A stretch of 42,689 nucleotides of DNA from Chthoniobacterales bacterium (GTDB lineage: Bacteria > Verrucomicrobiota > Verrucomicrobiia > Chthoniobacterales > UBA10450), in NCBI GenBank assembly GCA_036490855.1, contig DASXDC010000050.1, forward strand, positions 1 to 42,689, in the 5' to 3' direction. Shown in pieces: positions 17,423-26,458 of this stretch. Position 1 is the stretch's first letter; every line of letters begins with the position of its first letter. The position numbers and the translations under genes are program-made. The notes under the pieces are model-generated. The model was not told the origin of the DNA and ran no database searches. It saw only the letters and a program-made list of their open reading frames with translations.

Positions 17423-17515
17423 CTAATGTTTCTTCTTGCTGGTTGCCTTTTTCTTGGTCGCCATTTTTTTCTTGGCAGGAGCCTTTTTGGCGGCCGCTTT
17501 TTTCTTTGCTGGCAT
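17423..17515 (-). CDS. 30-aa Lys/Ala-rich highly basic micro-protein (histone H1-like composition)
   Basis: MPAKKKAAAKKAPAKKKMATKKKATSKKKH. Strong SD (GAAAGGGGGGA) 6 nt upstream of the ATG at 17515, TAG at 17423-17425, and its own terminator downstream. Too short for the ORF track. Confidence 0.65.
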   Translation of the reverse strand: MPAKKKAAAKKAPAKKKMATKKKATSKKKH

Positions 17516-17595
17516 AGGGAATCCCCCCTTTCAATCCGCAGAAGCGGTCTGTGAACAGTTGGTGAATAACTTCACTTTCATCGAGTCACTAATCG

Positions 17596-18249
17596 TCACG
17601 TTTTTTTTGTCAAACATTTTTCGCGCGCTTCCAAAATTATTTTGAGCAGGTCGCGCGCGAGCGCCGTTTTTTTCGCGCGCGGAATTTTTTTCGGCGCCTC
17701 CGATTTGGAAAAGATCACAACCTCATTCTCCTCCGCATCAATCCCGAGATCGTCGCGACTGACATCATTCGCCACCAGCAGATCGCAATTCTTCTCCACC
17801 AGTTTGCGGCGCGCGTTCGCTTCCAGTTCCTCGGTTTCCGCGGCGAAGCCGACAACAAAACAACCGCGGTCCGCATTCGTTAGGCTGGCGAGGATGTCGC
17901 GTGTCGGCTCGAGCTCGAGGGAAAACGGCGAGTGGTTTTTTTTCATCTTCTGCGTTGCATAGTGCACTGGTCTGTAGTCGCAAACCGCGGCGCACATCAC
18001 GAAGATATCGCAGTCCAAGAGCGCGCTGGAAATAGCTCTGAACATCTCGTCCCCGGTCGTGACGCGGATCACTTTCGCAGGGATCGGCGGAGCGAGCGCG
18101 ACCGGACCGGAAATAAGAGTGACCTCATGCCCTTCCTCCACTGCGGCGGCCGCGATCGCGTATCCCATTTTCCCGGAAGAGCGATTGCTCAGGTAGCGGA
18201 CTGGGTCGAGCGGCTCGCGCGTCGGGCCGGCCGTGATGACAAACTTCAC
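17596..18249 (-). CDS. coaB: phosphopantothenate--cysteine ligase (CoaB domain as a separate ORF)
   Basis: (GTG)KFVITAGPTREPLDPVRYLSNRSSGKMG is the canonical CoaB N-terminus. GTGA overlap with the coaC stop. Confidence 0.88.
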   Translation of the reverse strand: MKFVITAGPTREPLDPVRYLSNRSSGKMGYAIAAAAVEEGHEVTLISGPVALAPPIPAKVIRVTTGDEMFRAISSALLDCDIFVMCAAVCDYRPVHYATQKMKKNHSPFSLELEPTRDILASLTNADRGCFVVGFAAETEELEANARRKLVEKNCDLLVANDVSRDDLGIDAEENEVVIFSKSEAPKKIPRAKKTALARDLLKIILEAREKCLTKKT

Positions 18250-18812
18250 GCGATCAAATTTTCCTGGCTCGCGAGAAGGAATTCAGCGCGGAAGGCGATT
18301 TCATCGATCTTCCACAAACGGCCAAGGCCTTCGTAACCACAAGCCAGGATGCCCGCTTCCGGTCCGATGAATTCCACCCCGCGCGCGCCTAACGTCGCCA
18401 CGTTTTCCTTTGTCGCCGGGTGGTCCCACATCTTTCCATTCATTGCCGGCGCGAGCAGAATCGGCGCGCGCGTCGCGAGCGCGATCGCGGCCAGCGGATG
18501 GCCGGCGAGCCCGTGTGCGAGCTCGGCGATGAAGTGCGCGGTGGCGGGCGCGACGAGGAGGAGATGGGCGCGATCGGCCAAGGCGATGTGGCCCGGATGC
18601 CAGCTCTGCTTTTCGTCGTAGAAACTGGTCGTGACCGGATTCTTCGAGAGCGTCTGCAAGGTAAGGGGAGTGATGAATTCGGTCGCGTCCTTCGTCATCA
18701 CGACATGGACGTCGTGGCCCTGCTTCACCAGCAGGCTGGCGAGCTCGGCCGCTTTGTAGGCGGCGATCGAACCGGTCACGCCGAGCACGAGAGAGTGTCT
18801 GGTTCTTGTCAT
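18246..18812 (-). CDS. coaC: phosphopantothenoylcysteine decarboxylase flavoprotein (CoaC domain as a separate ORF)
   Basis: LVLGVTGSIAAYKAAEL...APAMNGKMW matches the HFCD flavoprotein family. Confidence 0.88.
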   Translation of the reverse strand: MTRTRHSLVLGVTGSIAAYKAAELASLLVKQGHDVHVVMTKDATEFITPLTLQTLSKNPVTTSFYDEKQSWHPGHIALADRAHLLLVAPATAHFIAELAHGLAGHPLAAIALATRAPILLAPAMNGKMWDHPATKENVATLGARGVEFIGPEAGILACGYEGLGRLWKIDEIAFRAEFLLASQENLIA

Positions 18813-18814
18813 CG

Positions 18815-19435
18815 TTAGGGAATTTCGGCCATGATCAGCCGGCTGCTCAGGTAGCGTTCCGCGCCCATGATCTGGCGGAACTTGAGCAGATCCTCTTCCA
18901 TCGAGCGGCTAATAATGGTGTAACGATAATCGCGCCAGAGTTCCATCTCGCGCGCCGCGGTCCGCAGGCGCACTTCGATCTGTGCCGGGGGCTCGGTGCC
19001 GCGTTTCGTTAGGCGGCGGCGCAACTCTTCGAGATCGGGCGGCATGATGAAGACATCCGCGAGCGACTGGCGAACAAAGGCATCGTCGAAGGCGCGAATC
19101 GCGGCCGCACCCTGGGTGTCGATATCGATCAGCACGTCCACGCCCTCGCGCAGATGGCTCACGATCGGTTCACGCAAGGTGCCATAGAATTTTCCATGAA
19201 CGTTGGCGTGCTCAAGAAATTCGCCGGCCGCGATCCGCGCCCGAAATTGCGATTCGGAAAGAAAATGATAATCCTCACCGTCGATTTCTCCGGCCCGTGG
19301 CGGCCGGGTAGTGCAGGAGACGGAGTAAACGAAATCAGGCGTCTGGCGGAGTGCGTCGCAGAGTGTTGTCTTGCCCGCGCCGGACGGGGCGGAGACGACG
19401 AAGAGGATGCCGTAGCGGCTGAATTCCCTACTCAA
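18815..19435 (-). CDS. gmk: guanylate kinase
   Basis: VVSAPSGAGKTTL...SCTTRPPRAGEIDGEDYHF. Confidence 0.95.
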   Translation of the reverse strand: MSREFSRYGILFVVSAPSGAGKTTLCDALRQTPDFVYSVSCTTRPPRAGEIDGEDYHFLSESQFRARIAAGEFLEHANVHGKFYGTLREPIVSHLREGVDVLIDIDTQGAAAIRAFDDAFVRQSLADVFIMPPDLEELRRRLTKRGTEPPAQIEVRLRTAAREMELWRDYRYTIISRSMEEDLLKFRQIMGAERYLSSRLIMAEIP

Positions 19436-20303
19436 GATTTTGGATTTGCTCGCGAATCTTTTCGACTTCCGCCTTGCAGGCTACGACGTGGCGCGAAATC
19501 TCGGCGTCGCCCGCTTTCGCGCCTAACGTGTTCAACTCCCGCGAAATTTCCTGGGTGATAAATTCCAGCGTGCGACCGACCGGTTCGTCGCGGCGGAGAT
19601 GATGCGCAAACTGCGCGAGATGGCTTTCGAGGCGGGTGAGCTCTTCGGAAACGTCGGAACGATCAGCAAAAAAAGCCACCTCCTTCATCAGGCGGTCGTC
19701 GTTAGGCTCGAGGTCAAAGCCCGCTTTTTCGATCCGTTCGAGCAGCGTCTCCCGGTATTTTTCCGTCACGCCCGGATGCAATTTGCGCACCTCCTTCAGC
19801 GACTGGCGGACGATTTTGAGGCGCTGGATCAAATCCTTTGCGAGATGCTTCCCTTCGCGCTCGCGCATCCGGATCAATTCATCGAGGGCGGGAACGAGTG
19901 CTTCCTCGATCGTCGGCCAGACTTCGTTAGGCTCAATCCCGTCCTCGGAGAAGCGCATCACGCCCGGCGCCTGCAGGATCATGCTGATGTTAATTTCGCC
20001 CGGCACGCTCAGCTCTTCCTGAAGCGCGCGCATGTCGGCGTGATAGGAACGCGCGAGCTCCCGATCGAGGGCGAGGTTGCGCGGCGGACTGCCGCCGGGG
20101 TCGAAGGAGATGACGACGTTCGTCCGCCCCCGCACGACGCGCTCGGCGACGATCTGGCGGACGCGCGGTTCGAGCACGCTCAGGTCGCGCGGCAGATTGA
20201 TCACGATGTCGCTCTGGCGGCGATTGACCGAATTGATCTCGACACTCACCTTGGCGCCGCTGCGTTCGCTTTCGCCGCGGCCATATCCGGTCATGCTTCT
20301 CAT
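19428..20303 (-). CDS. yicC: YicC family stress-induced protein
   Basis: The conserved start MRSMTGYGRGE at 20303 gives 291 aa, and the C-terminus has the DUF1732-like EISRELNTLGAK. The track ORF (363 aa) is an upstream extension. Confidence 0.9.
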   Translation of the reverse strand: MRSMTGYGRGESERSGAKVSVEINSVNRRQSDIVINLPRDLSVLEPRVRQIVAERVVRGRTNVVISFDPGGSPPRNLALDRELARSYHADMRALQEELSVPGEINISMILQAPGVMRFSEDGIEPNEVWPTIEEALVPALDELIRMREREGKHLAKDLIQRLKIVRQSLKEVRKLHPGVTEKYRETLLERIEKAGFDLEPNDDRLMKEVAFFADRSDVSEELTRLESHLAQFAHHLRRDEPVGRTLEFITQEISRELNTLGAKAGDAEISRHVVACKAEVEKIREQIQNLE

Positions 20304-20358
20304 CGGGTCTGCAGGTTGGGAAAATAGCGCGGGAATAACAATTGGAAACACTTCGGCC

Positions 20359-22731
20359 TCAGGGCGCCGCCGTGCGTCCGGCGCCGATGCCGTGGGTCGG
20401 ATCGCGCAACGGTGCGCGCTCCTCGTAAAGTGAGAGATCGCCTTCGAGCGAATGGGCGAGCGCGGCTTGACCCTGCGCCGCGGCCCGCTGCGCACCTTCG
20501 CGCGCCAGTTGCATCGCATCGCTGAATTTTCCGACCTCGGCGCAGGCGGCGGCGAGGACGCGAAAGCTCATCAGATTTCTCGCGCCGATTGTTTGGTAGG
20601 CGCGTTCGGCGAGCTGGAGCGCGTCGGGTCCATTACGAACTGCTGCTTCCGGCGCCGTCGCCAACATCCATGCGAGGCTGAGTTGGGTTCCGATTTTGCC
20701 GGGTTGCAGACGCAACGTCTCGTGCCACTCCGCGACCGCGGCCGTCAATTGACCGGCACGGAGAAAGGCGACTGCGAGATTATTATGAATATCGGCGTTA
20801 TTCGGCTGGATCTGCAGCGCCTTCTGCCATTCAGAGATCGCCGCTGCGACCTGGCCCTGCCTGAGCAGGGTAATGGCGAGATTGTTATGCGCGTCGACGT
20901 GCTGCGGCTGGAGACGGAGCGTTTCGTGGAATTCCGCGATCGCTTTCTCCGCACGACCGGCGCGATTGAGCGCAATCGCGAGGTTGTAATGCGCGTCGAC
21001 CCGGCGCGGATCAGCCGCGATCGCCTGTTGGAAAAAAGAGATCGCCTCCTCGATTCGGCCCTGCTCGAGGAGGAGGTTGCCCGCGCTGTAGGCCGCGTCG
21101 GAATCGTTAGGCTGAATCCGGAGGGCGGCGCGGAACTGCTCGAGCGCTTCGGCGGGCGCGCCCTTTTTGGCGAGAGCCTTGCCCAGGTTGCGCCGCACTT
21201 CGCTGTCGTTAGGCCGTAACCGGACGACTTCCCGGAAATGGTTGATTGCTTCCGGCAACTCGCCTTTTTGGAAAAGGGCGTTGGCCAGATTCGTCAGGCC
21301 GAGCGGCTCGTGCGGCTCGAGTCGGACGGCGGCGCGATCATGCGCGATCGCCTCGTCGAGCCGGCCGACCCTGAGCAGTGCAGTCCCAATCCCGCGCTCC
21401 GCGACATTGTTATTTTTCGTCACGAGGAGAGCGTGTGACCAGAGCCGCACCGGCTCAGCCCAATAACCGACCTGGCGGTACGCGACCAGCATCAAACCGA
21501 GAATGATCGCGGTCGTTAGGCCGCCGAGAACGAGACGGCACGCCCGCCAGTCGGCGCTAAGATCAGCCGCGCCCCACGCGATGAGAATGTAGATGCCGAT
21601 CTGCGGCAGATAAGTGTAACGATCGGCGTGCGCCTGCAGCCCGACCTGCACCAGCCCGACGACCGGGACGAGCATTCCGATGTACCAAAACCAACCGGTA
21701 AAGAGGTAAGGATATTTTTTGCGTCCGAAAAAAGCGCCGGCTGAAACAAGGAGGAAAAAGAAGAGTGCCGCGGCCACGCTCCAGATCGGCAGCGTCCCCT
21801 TCGGATGCGGATAGAAGACGGCGAGATGCACCGGCCACACCATCTGCCGGAGATAAATCCAGATCGTGACGAGCGCGTTCTCGACCCGCCAGGGCATCGG
21901 CCAGGCGGAAGCTGAAACCAAGGCACGTTCCTGCGCAAAAACGGTCGCGATCGAAACCGCGATCACGAGCGCGAGGAGCGGCAGTTTTTCCCTAACGAGT
22001 CGGCTGACCGAGGACGCGGCTGGAGTCGTCGCATCGTCCGAGGTTTGCCGGGAAAGAGCGAAACGGCGCAGTGGCCAGAAGTCCAAAAGCAAAAGAAGAA
22101 AAGGTAGCGTCACCAGCATCGCCTTCGCGAGAAGTCCGAGAGCGAAACAAAAACTCAAAAGGAGATAGGCTCCGCGCGAGCGTCCTTTTCGCACGTAACG
22201 CACGTAGGCCATCAAACTGAGAAAGAAGAAGACGCCACTCAGCACATCTTTGCGTTCCGAAATCCAGGCGACCGACTCGGCCCGCAAAGGATGAATCGCA
22301 AAGAGCGCGGCGACGAACGCGCTGCGCCAGACGGCGCCGGTCATCTGCCGCAGGAGGAGAAAAAGAAGCAGCACCCCGAGCGTGTGCAGAAGAACGTTGA
22401 TGAAGTGATAACCGCCCGGATGCAGACCAAAGAAGGTCGCGTCGAGCATGAGCGAAATCGAAGTGAGGGGATGCCAGTTACCGACGAGCGGATGAGTGAA
22501 CGCGCGCGCCAGCCCCGCCCAGGTGAGCCCGTTACTGATCGAGGGATTCTGATAAACGTAGAAGCTGTCGTCGTAATTAACGAAATCGAAGCCCGTGCTC
22601 TGGCCAAAAATTATCCAGACAATGACGACGAGTCCGAGGCAGATGAAAACGTTAGGCCACCACCAGCGGGTGCGTGCTGCCGCGGAGCGCGCCCGTTTTT
22701 TCGAAGACGCTTTCCGCCCCTTGCGCTTCAT
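20359..22731 (-). CDS. TMTC-like GT-C membrane glycosyltransferase domain fused to about 9 TPR repeats
   Basis: The N-terminal polytopic domain has a first-loop acidic motif (FDFVNYDDSFYVYQNP...GNWHPLT). The C-terminal half is tandem TPRs (A..AL.l.P....AhnNLA). The preferred start MKRKGRK at 22731 forms an ATGA overlap with the upstream GT2 stop. Confidence 0.85.
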   Translation of the reverse strand: MKRKGRKASSKKRARSAAARTRWWWPNVFICLGLVVIVWIIFGQSTGFDFVNYDDSFYVYQNPSISNGLTWAGLARAFTHPLVGNWHPLTSISLMLDATFFGLHPGGYHFINVLLHTLGVLLLFLLLRQMTGAVWRSAFVAALFAIHPLRAESVAWISERKDVLSGVFFFLSLMAYVRYVRKGRSRGAYLLLSFCFALGLLAKAMLVTLPFLLLLLDFWPLRRFALSRQTSDDATTPAASSVSRLVREKLPLLALVIAVSIATVFAQERALVSASAWPMPWRVENALVTIWIYLRQMVWPVHLAVFYPHPKGTLPIWSVAAALFFFLLVSAGAFFGRKKYPYLFTGWFWYIGMLVPVVGLVQVGLQAHADRYTYLPQIGIYILIAWGAADLSADWRACRLVLGGLTTAIILGLMLVAYRQVGYWAEPVRLWSHALLVTKNNNVAERGIGTALLRVGRLDEAIAHDRAAVRLEPHEPLGLTNLANALFQKGELPEAINHFREVVRLRPNDSEVRRNLGKALAKKGAPAEALEQFRAALRIQPNDSDAAYSAGNLLLEQGRIEEAISFFQQAIAADPRRVDAHYNLAIALNRAGRAEKAIAEFHETLRLQPQHVDAHNNLAITLLRQGQVAAAISEWQKALQIQPNNADIHNNLAVAFLRAGQLTAAVAEWHETLRLQPGKIGTQLSLAWMLATAPEAAVRNGPDALQLAERAYQTIGARNLMSFRVLAAACAEVGKFSDAMQLAREGAQRAAAQGQAALAHSLEGDLSLYEERAPLRDPTHGIGAGRTAAP

Positions 22732-23462
22732 TTCGGGCCGACTGGGCGCGGCCTCGACCATCGCGCGTGGAAAGCCGTCGCAAGACAACCGATCCCGTAG
22801 CGAACGCTGGCGCCGAACCCAATCGAAGAGGCTTCCGGAAAATAACGGGTCGGACAGGTGATCTCGCCGATTGGATAACCAAGCGCGATGACCTGAGCGA
22901 GAATCTGGTTATCGAAAAGAAAGTCATCCGAGTTCTGCTCCAAGGGGAGTTGCTCGAGGAGAGAACGGGCAAAGGCCCGATAGCCGGTGTGATATTCGGA
23001 AAGCTTGGCGCCGAGGATCAGGTTTTCCACCAGCGTAAGAAAACGATTCGAGACGTACTTCCACCACGGCATTCCGCCGCGCAGCGCGCCGCCGCCGAGA
23101 ATGCGTGAGGCGAGAACGCAGGGATAGAGCCCGCTCACGACCAGTGACGCCATCGCGGGAATCAGAGCCGGAGTGTATTGATAATCCGGGTGGATCATGA
23201 TCACGATGTCGGCCCCGGCCGCGAGGGCGAGGCGATAACAGGTCTTTTGGTTCGCACCGTAACCGCGGTTTCGCGGGTGGACCTCGACCTGGATGTTCGG
23301 GAGGGCGCGCGCCATCGCGACCGTGTCGTCCTTCGAGGCATCGTCGACCAGGATGACGCGATCGACGATGCCATGCGCCATTACTTCGTCATAAGTCGGG
23401 CGCAAAGTGCGGGCGGCATTGTAGGCCGGCATCACGATGATGATTTTCTGCCCCTTCAGCAT
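22728..23462 (-). CDS. family 2 glycosyltransferase, polyprenyl-phosphate sugar synthase type (Dpm1/GtrB/ArnC-like)
   Basis: MLKGQKIIIVMPAYNAARTL...VILVDDASKDDT...NRGYGANQKT...MIHPDYQYTP. The start at 23462 lies 4 nt after the mutY stop. Confidence 0.85.
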   Translation of the reverse strand: MLKGQKIIIVMPAYNAARTLRPTYDEVMAHGIVDRVILVDDASKDDTVAMARALPNIQVEVHPRNRGYGANQKTCYRLALAAGADIVIMIHPDYQYTPALIPAMASLVVSGLYPCVLASRILGGGALRGGMPWWKYVSNRFLTLVENLILGAKLSEYHTGYRAFARSLLEQLPLEQNSDDFLFDNQILAQVIALGYPIGEITCPTRYFPEASSIGFGASVRYGIGCLATAFHARWSRPRPVGPK

Positions 23463-23466
23463 CTGA

Positions 23467-24477
23467 TCAATTTCGCGCCAGAAGTTGCGCGAGCGCGCGC
23501 CGATGCGGTGTCGCGAGCGGCAGGTGAGGAAGGGCACCAATCGGAAACCATTTCTGCCTTTCGTTAGGCAATTCCACCGCGCTCGAGGCGAAGACGACGA
23601 GCGTGACGCGATGATGAGTGAACGGAAAATCGAGCTGGAGAAGCGGCGCCGTCCGCTCCGGCACGCGACTGAGCCGGGGCAGAATCCACATTCCGCGCCA
23701 GCGCGAGGAGGATCGCTCGAGCAGGATGCGATCGCGGCCCCGTCTGAAAGTGTGCGGCTCGGTGAGATGAATCGTCGCAGGCTTCCTTCTTCTCACCGGC
23801 AAGAGTGCGGGCGCTGGAGCACGACAAAATTGCCGGACCGGACATTGCGTGCAGCGTGGCCGACGCGGCAGGCAGACGAGCGCGCCGAGCTCCATCAGGG
23901 CGGAGTTGTGTTTCCGGCTGCCGATTTTCGGGACGAGAGCCGCCGCGGCCGCCCAGAGATGATCGCGGCCGGCCGAGCTGTCGATCGGCTGGTTATAGTT
24001 CGTTAGGCGGGCGAGGACTCGGGCAATATTGGTGTCGACCATCGGCTCGGGAAGTTCGAAAGCGAAACTGGCGACCGCGCCCGCGGTGTAGCGGCCGACT
24101 CCAGGAAGTTGCGCGATGGTGGCGGCGTCGGGCGGAATTTCCCCGTAAAATTTTTGCCTAACGACATTCGCGGCCGCGTGGAGATGACGGGCGCGCGCGT
24201 AGTAGCCGAGTCCCTGCCAGGCGTGGAGGACCTCCGACTCCCGGGCGCGGGCGAGGACGGCGAAGTCGGGAAACCGTTCCAGCCAGCGTTGATAATAAGG
24301 GATCACGGCTGCGACCTGCGTCTGCTGGAGCATGAATTCCGAAACCAGGATGGCGTAGGGATCGCGCGTCCGTCGCCATGGCAGATCGCGACCGTAGCTC
24401 GCGAACCAGCGATTGAGGCGGCGCCGAAATGACTGGCGATCGGCGAGGCGGTCGAAAACGTCAGCGGGTCGCGACAT
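23467..24477 (-). CDS. mutY: A/G-specific adenine DNA glycosylase
   Basis: LPWRRTRDPYAILVSEFMLQQTQV, the HhH-GPD region, the 4Fe-4S cluster CLPRRPRCTQCPVRQFC, and a C-terminal NUDIX-like domain. Confidence 0.93.
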   Translation of the reverse strand: MSRPADVFDRLADRQSFRRRLNRWFASYGRDLPWRRTRDPYAILVSEFMLQQTQVAAVIPYYQRWLERFPDFAVLARARESEVLHAWQGLGYYARARHLHAAANVVRQKFYGEIPPDAATIAQLPGVGRYTAGAVASFAFELPEPMVDTNIARVLARLTNYNQPIDSSAGRDHLWAAAAALVPKIGSRKHNSALMELGALVCLPRRPRCTQCPVRQFCRAPAPALLPVRRRKPATIHLTEPHTFRRGRDRILLERSSSRWRGMWILPRLSRVPERTAPLLQLDFPFTHHRVTLVVFASSAVELPNERQKWFPIGALPHLPLATPHRRALAQLLARN

Positions 24478-24696
24478 GCGTACGGCAATGATGGCACGAG
24501 AAGGCGAATCCCCAAGCGGCGAGCGCGAGAATTGCCGCCACTCTCAAAGCGAGTTCCATAGGAGAGATAAAACAGCTCTCGGATCGCCAGAAGAAGAGCC
24601 GCCGGCGCGGGCTTTCACTCTCCCGGTTAAGAGTGAGGGCGGTTGTGAAAATTCTCGCCTGCGCTGTTGAGCGATGTTCTCGTGAGATCAATCGAG

Positions 24697-25659
24697 ATGC
24701 CCGCGCCCATGCTCACCACTTATACTGCGCCGCTCAGCCAGAAGCAGGTCGGGGCTCTGCGGCAACTGCTGGAGGAGACCGGTTTCGCTTTTTCGCCCAG
24801 GCCCTACGCCATCTTTTTTGCGCGGAAAGATAAGCTGAGCGTGGCTGTTTACGAAAAGGGCCCGAAGCTCCTCCTCCAAGGCAGAGGGATTGAGGAATTC
24901 GTTAGTTTCGAACTCGAGCCGAAGATTCTCGGCGAAGCGCGACTTGGCTATGAAGAAATCCATTCGCCGGAAATGTTTGAGCCCCACTTCGGGATCGACG
25001 AGAGCGGGAAAGGCGACTTCTTCGGGCCGCTCGTGATCTCGGGCGTTTATACCGATCGCGGCATCACGCGAGCTTTTCTCGAAAGCGGAATCCAAGACAG
25101 CAAACGGATCGGCTCGGATGTGAAAATCCGGGCCCTCGCGAAGATGATCCGCGAGACGCCGGGGGTTACGCTCGACGTTGTCCTCGTCGGCCCGGAGCGG
25201 TATAACGATCTCTACGCCAAATCCGGGAATCTCAATAGCCTCCTCGGCTGGGGGCATGCGCGGGTGATCGAAAACCTGCTCGGGAAGCGGCCCGATTGTC
25301 CGCGCGCCTTATCGGACAAATTTGCGGACGCCCGCGTGATCAAAAGCGCTTTGCTGCAGCACGGCCAGCAGATCGAGTTGGAGCAACGGACGAAAGCGGA
25401 GTCGGATTTGGCAGTCGCGGCGGCTTCGATTCTGGCTCGGGAAGCATTCATCGGATGGCTGGAGCGAAACGGAAAGCGCGCCGGGCTGTCGTTAGGCCGA
25501 GGCGTTTCCGCTGCGGTCAAGGAAACGGCGCGACGAATCGTGGAGGCAGAAGGTCCGGAGGCGTTGCGCCGTTTCGCGAAGATCCATTTCCGCACCGCGC
25601 ATGAGATCGCACCCGGGCATTATGCCGCCCCGCCTCCGCGGCGCGAATGGCGCAGGTAA
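24697..25659 (+). CDS. rnhC: ribonuclease HIII
   Basis: GIDESGKGDFFGPLVISGV catalytic motif plus the N-terminal HIII-specific domain. ATG at 24697; the track uses a TTG at 24667. Confidence 0.85.
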   Translation: MPAPMLTTYTAPLSQKQVGALRQLLEETGFAFSPRPYAIFFARKDKLSVAVYEKGPKLLLQGRGIEEFVSFELEPKILGEARLGYEEIHSPEMFEPHFGIDESGKGDFFGPLVISGVYTDRGITRAFLESGIQDSKRIGSDVKIRALAKMIRETPGVTLDVVLVGPERYNDLYAKSGNLNSLLGWGHARVIENLLGKRPDCPRALSDKFADARVIKSALLQHGQQIELEQRTKAESDLAVAAASILAREAFIGWLERNGKRAGLSLGRGVSAAVKETARRIVEAEGPEALRRFAKIHFRTAHEIAPGHYAAPPPRREWRR

Positions 25660-25722
25660 GAGGGAATCGCCCAGCGGCAAGCTTCCTGCTTTAAAGCTGG
25701 GCCAGCGCCTTCTTACTCTGCC

Positions 25723-26448
25723 GTGGACACTCGAATACTAATCTTAAACTTCGACCCAGTCTTCCAAGATCGCGCTCTGGCGATGTTCGACGCCATTCCT
25801 CAGGCTGAGACACGGATTGTCCGCTCCTTCGCCGAAGCGATCCATGTCCTGCTCCGCGAAAATTTCGATCTCTTCGTTACGGAAGGGGAGGCTGATCCGG
25901 CAATCGAGGCCGCGACCAATGCCCGGCAACATTTTCCTTCGCTCGAAATCGTTTGTCTGGTGCCGAGTGACGAAAGCGCGACGCTGCGAGAGCAGGCGAC
26001 TATGCAAAATATCAAGTTGGTCGCGACTGACGGCAGCGATCGCCGCCTGCGCCGTGAATTGCGGCGGGTCGTCGCTGGTTTTGGACGGGAGGAGACAACG
26101 CCGGCCGAGGGAATTGATCCTTGCCATTCGCTCATCGGCAACCTGAACCAGTTTTCCGCCGCCGAAGTCTTGCAAATGAGCTGCATGGGCCAGCGAAGCG
26201 GCCGCTTTACATTCAAATCCGCCCGCGGGAACAGCGAGATTTATCTGCACCACGGAATGGTGCGCCACGCCGCTTACGACATGCTGGAGGGCGAGGCGGC
26301 CGTGGCGGAAATCTTCCGTTGGCGGCAGGGGCGCTTCTTTTTTGAGGAAGGAATCATCAGCCAGATCCAGACCGTCAACCGGCCTTGGAATCATCTCCTG
26401 ATCGATAACCTGCAGAAGCTCGATGAAACCCTCCAGAGGTCAGCCTGA
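25723..26448 (+). CDS. degenerate receiver-like domain fused to a DUF4388/PATAN domain
   Basis: The N-terminal 120 aa have a CheY-like alternating pattern. The C-terminal LNQFSAAEVLQMSCMGQRSGRFTF...EIYLHHGMVRHA...GEAAVAEIFRWRQGRFFFE is DUF4388-like. GTG start. Confidence 0.75.
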   Translation: MDTRILILNFDPVFQDRALAMFDAIPQAETRIVRSFAEAIHVLLRENFDLFVTEGEADPAIEAATNARQHFPSLEIVCLVPSDESATLREQATMQNIKLVATDGSDRRLRRELRRVVAGFGREETTPAEGIDPCHSLIGNLNQFSAAEVLQMSCMGQRSGRFTFKSARGNSEIYLHHGMVRHAAYDMLEGEAAVAEIFRWRQGRFFFEEGIISQIQTVNRPWNHLLIDNLQKLDETLQRSA

Positions 26449-26458
26449 ATGGATAACG

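Noticed and set aside
20304-20519. Upstream extension of yicC, and the similar extensions of the TPR, GT2 and PDZ genes
   Set aside because: The conserved N-termini (MRSMTGYG, signal peptides, ATGA couplings) define shorter genes. The extensions overlap neighbouring genes.
24461-24559. 32-aa hydrophobic mini-ORF (MELALRVAAILALAAWGFAFSCHHCRTHVATR) overlapping the mutY start, possibly a leader peptide
   Set aside because: There is no Shine-Dalgarno sequence (CTCTCC precedes the ATG), and I cannot judge conservation. It is probably fortuitous.
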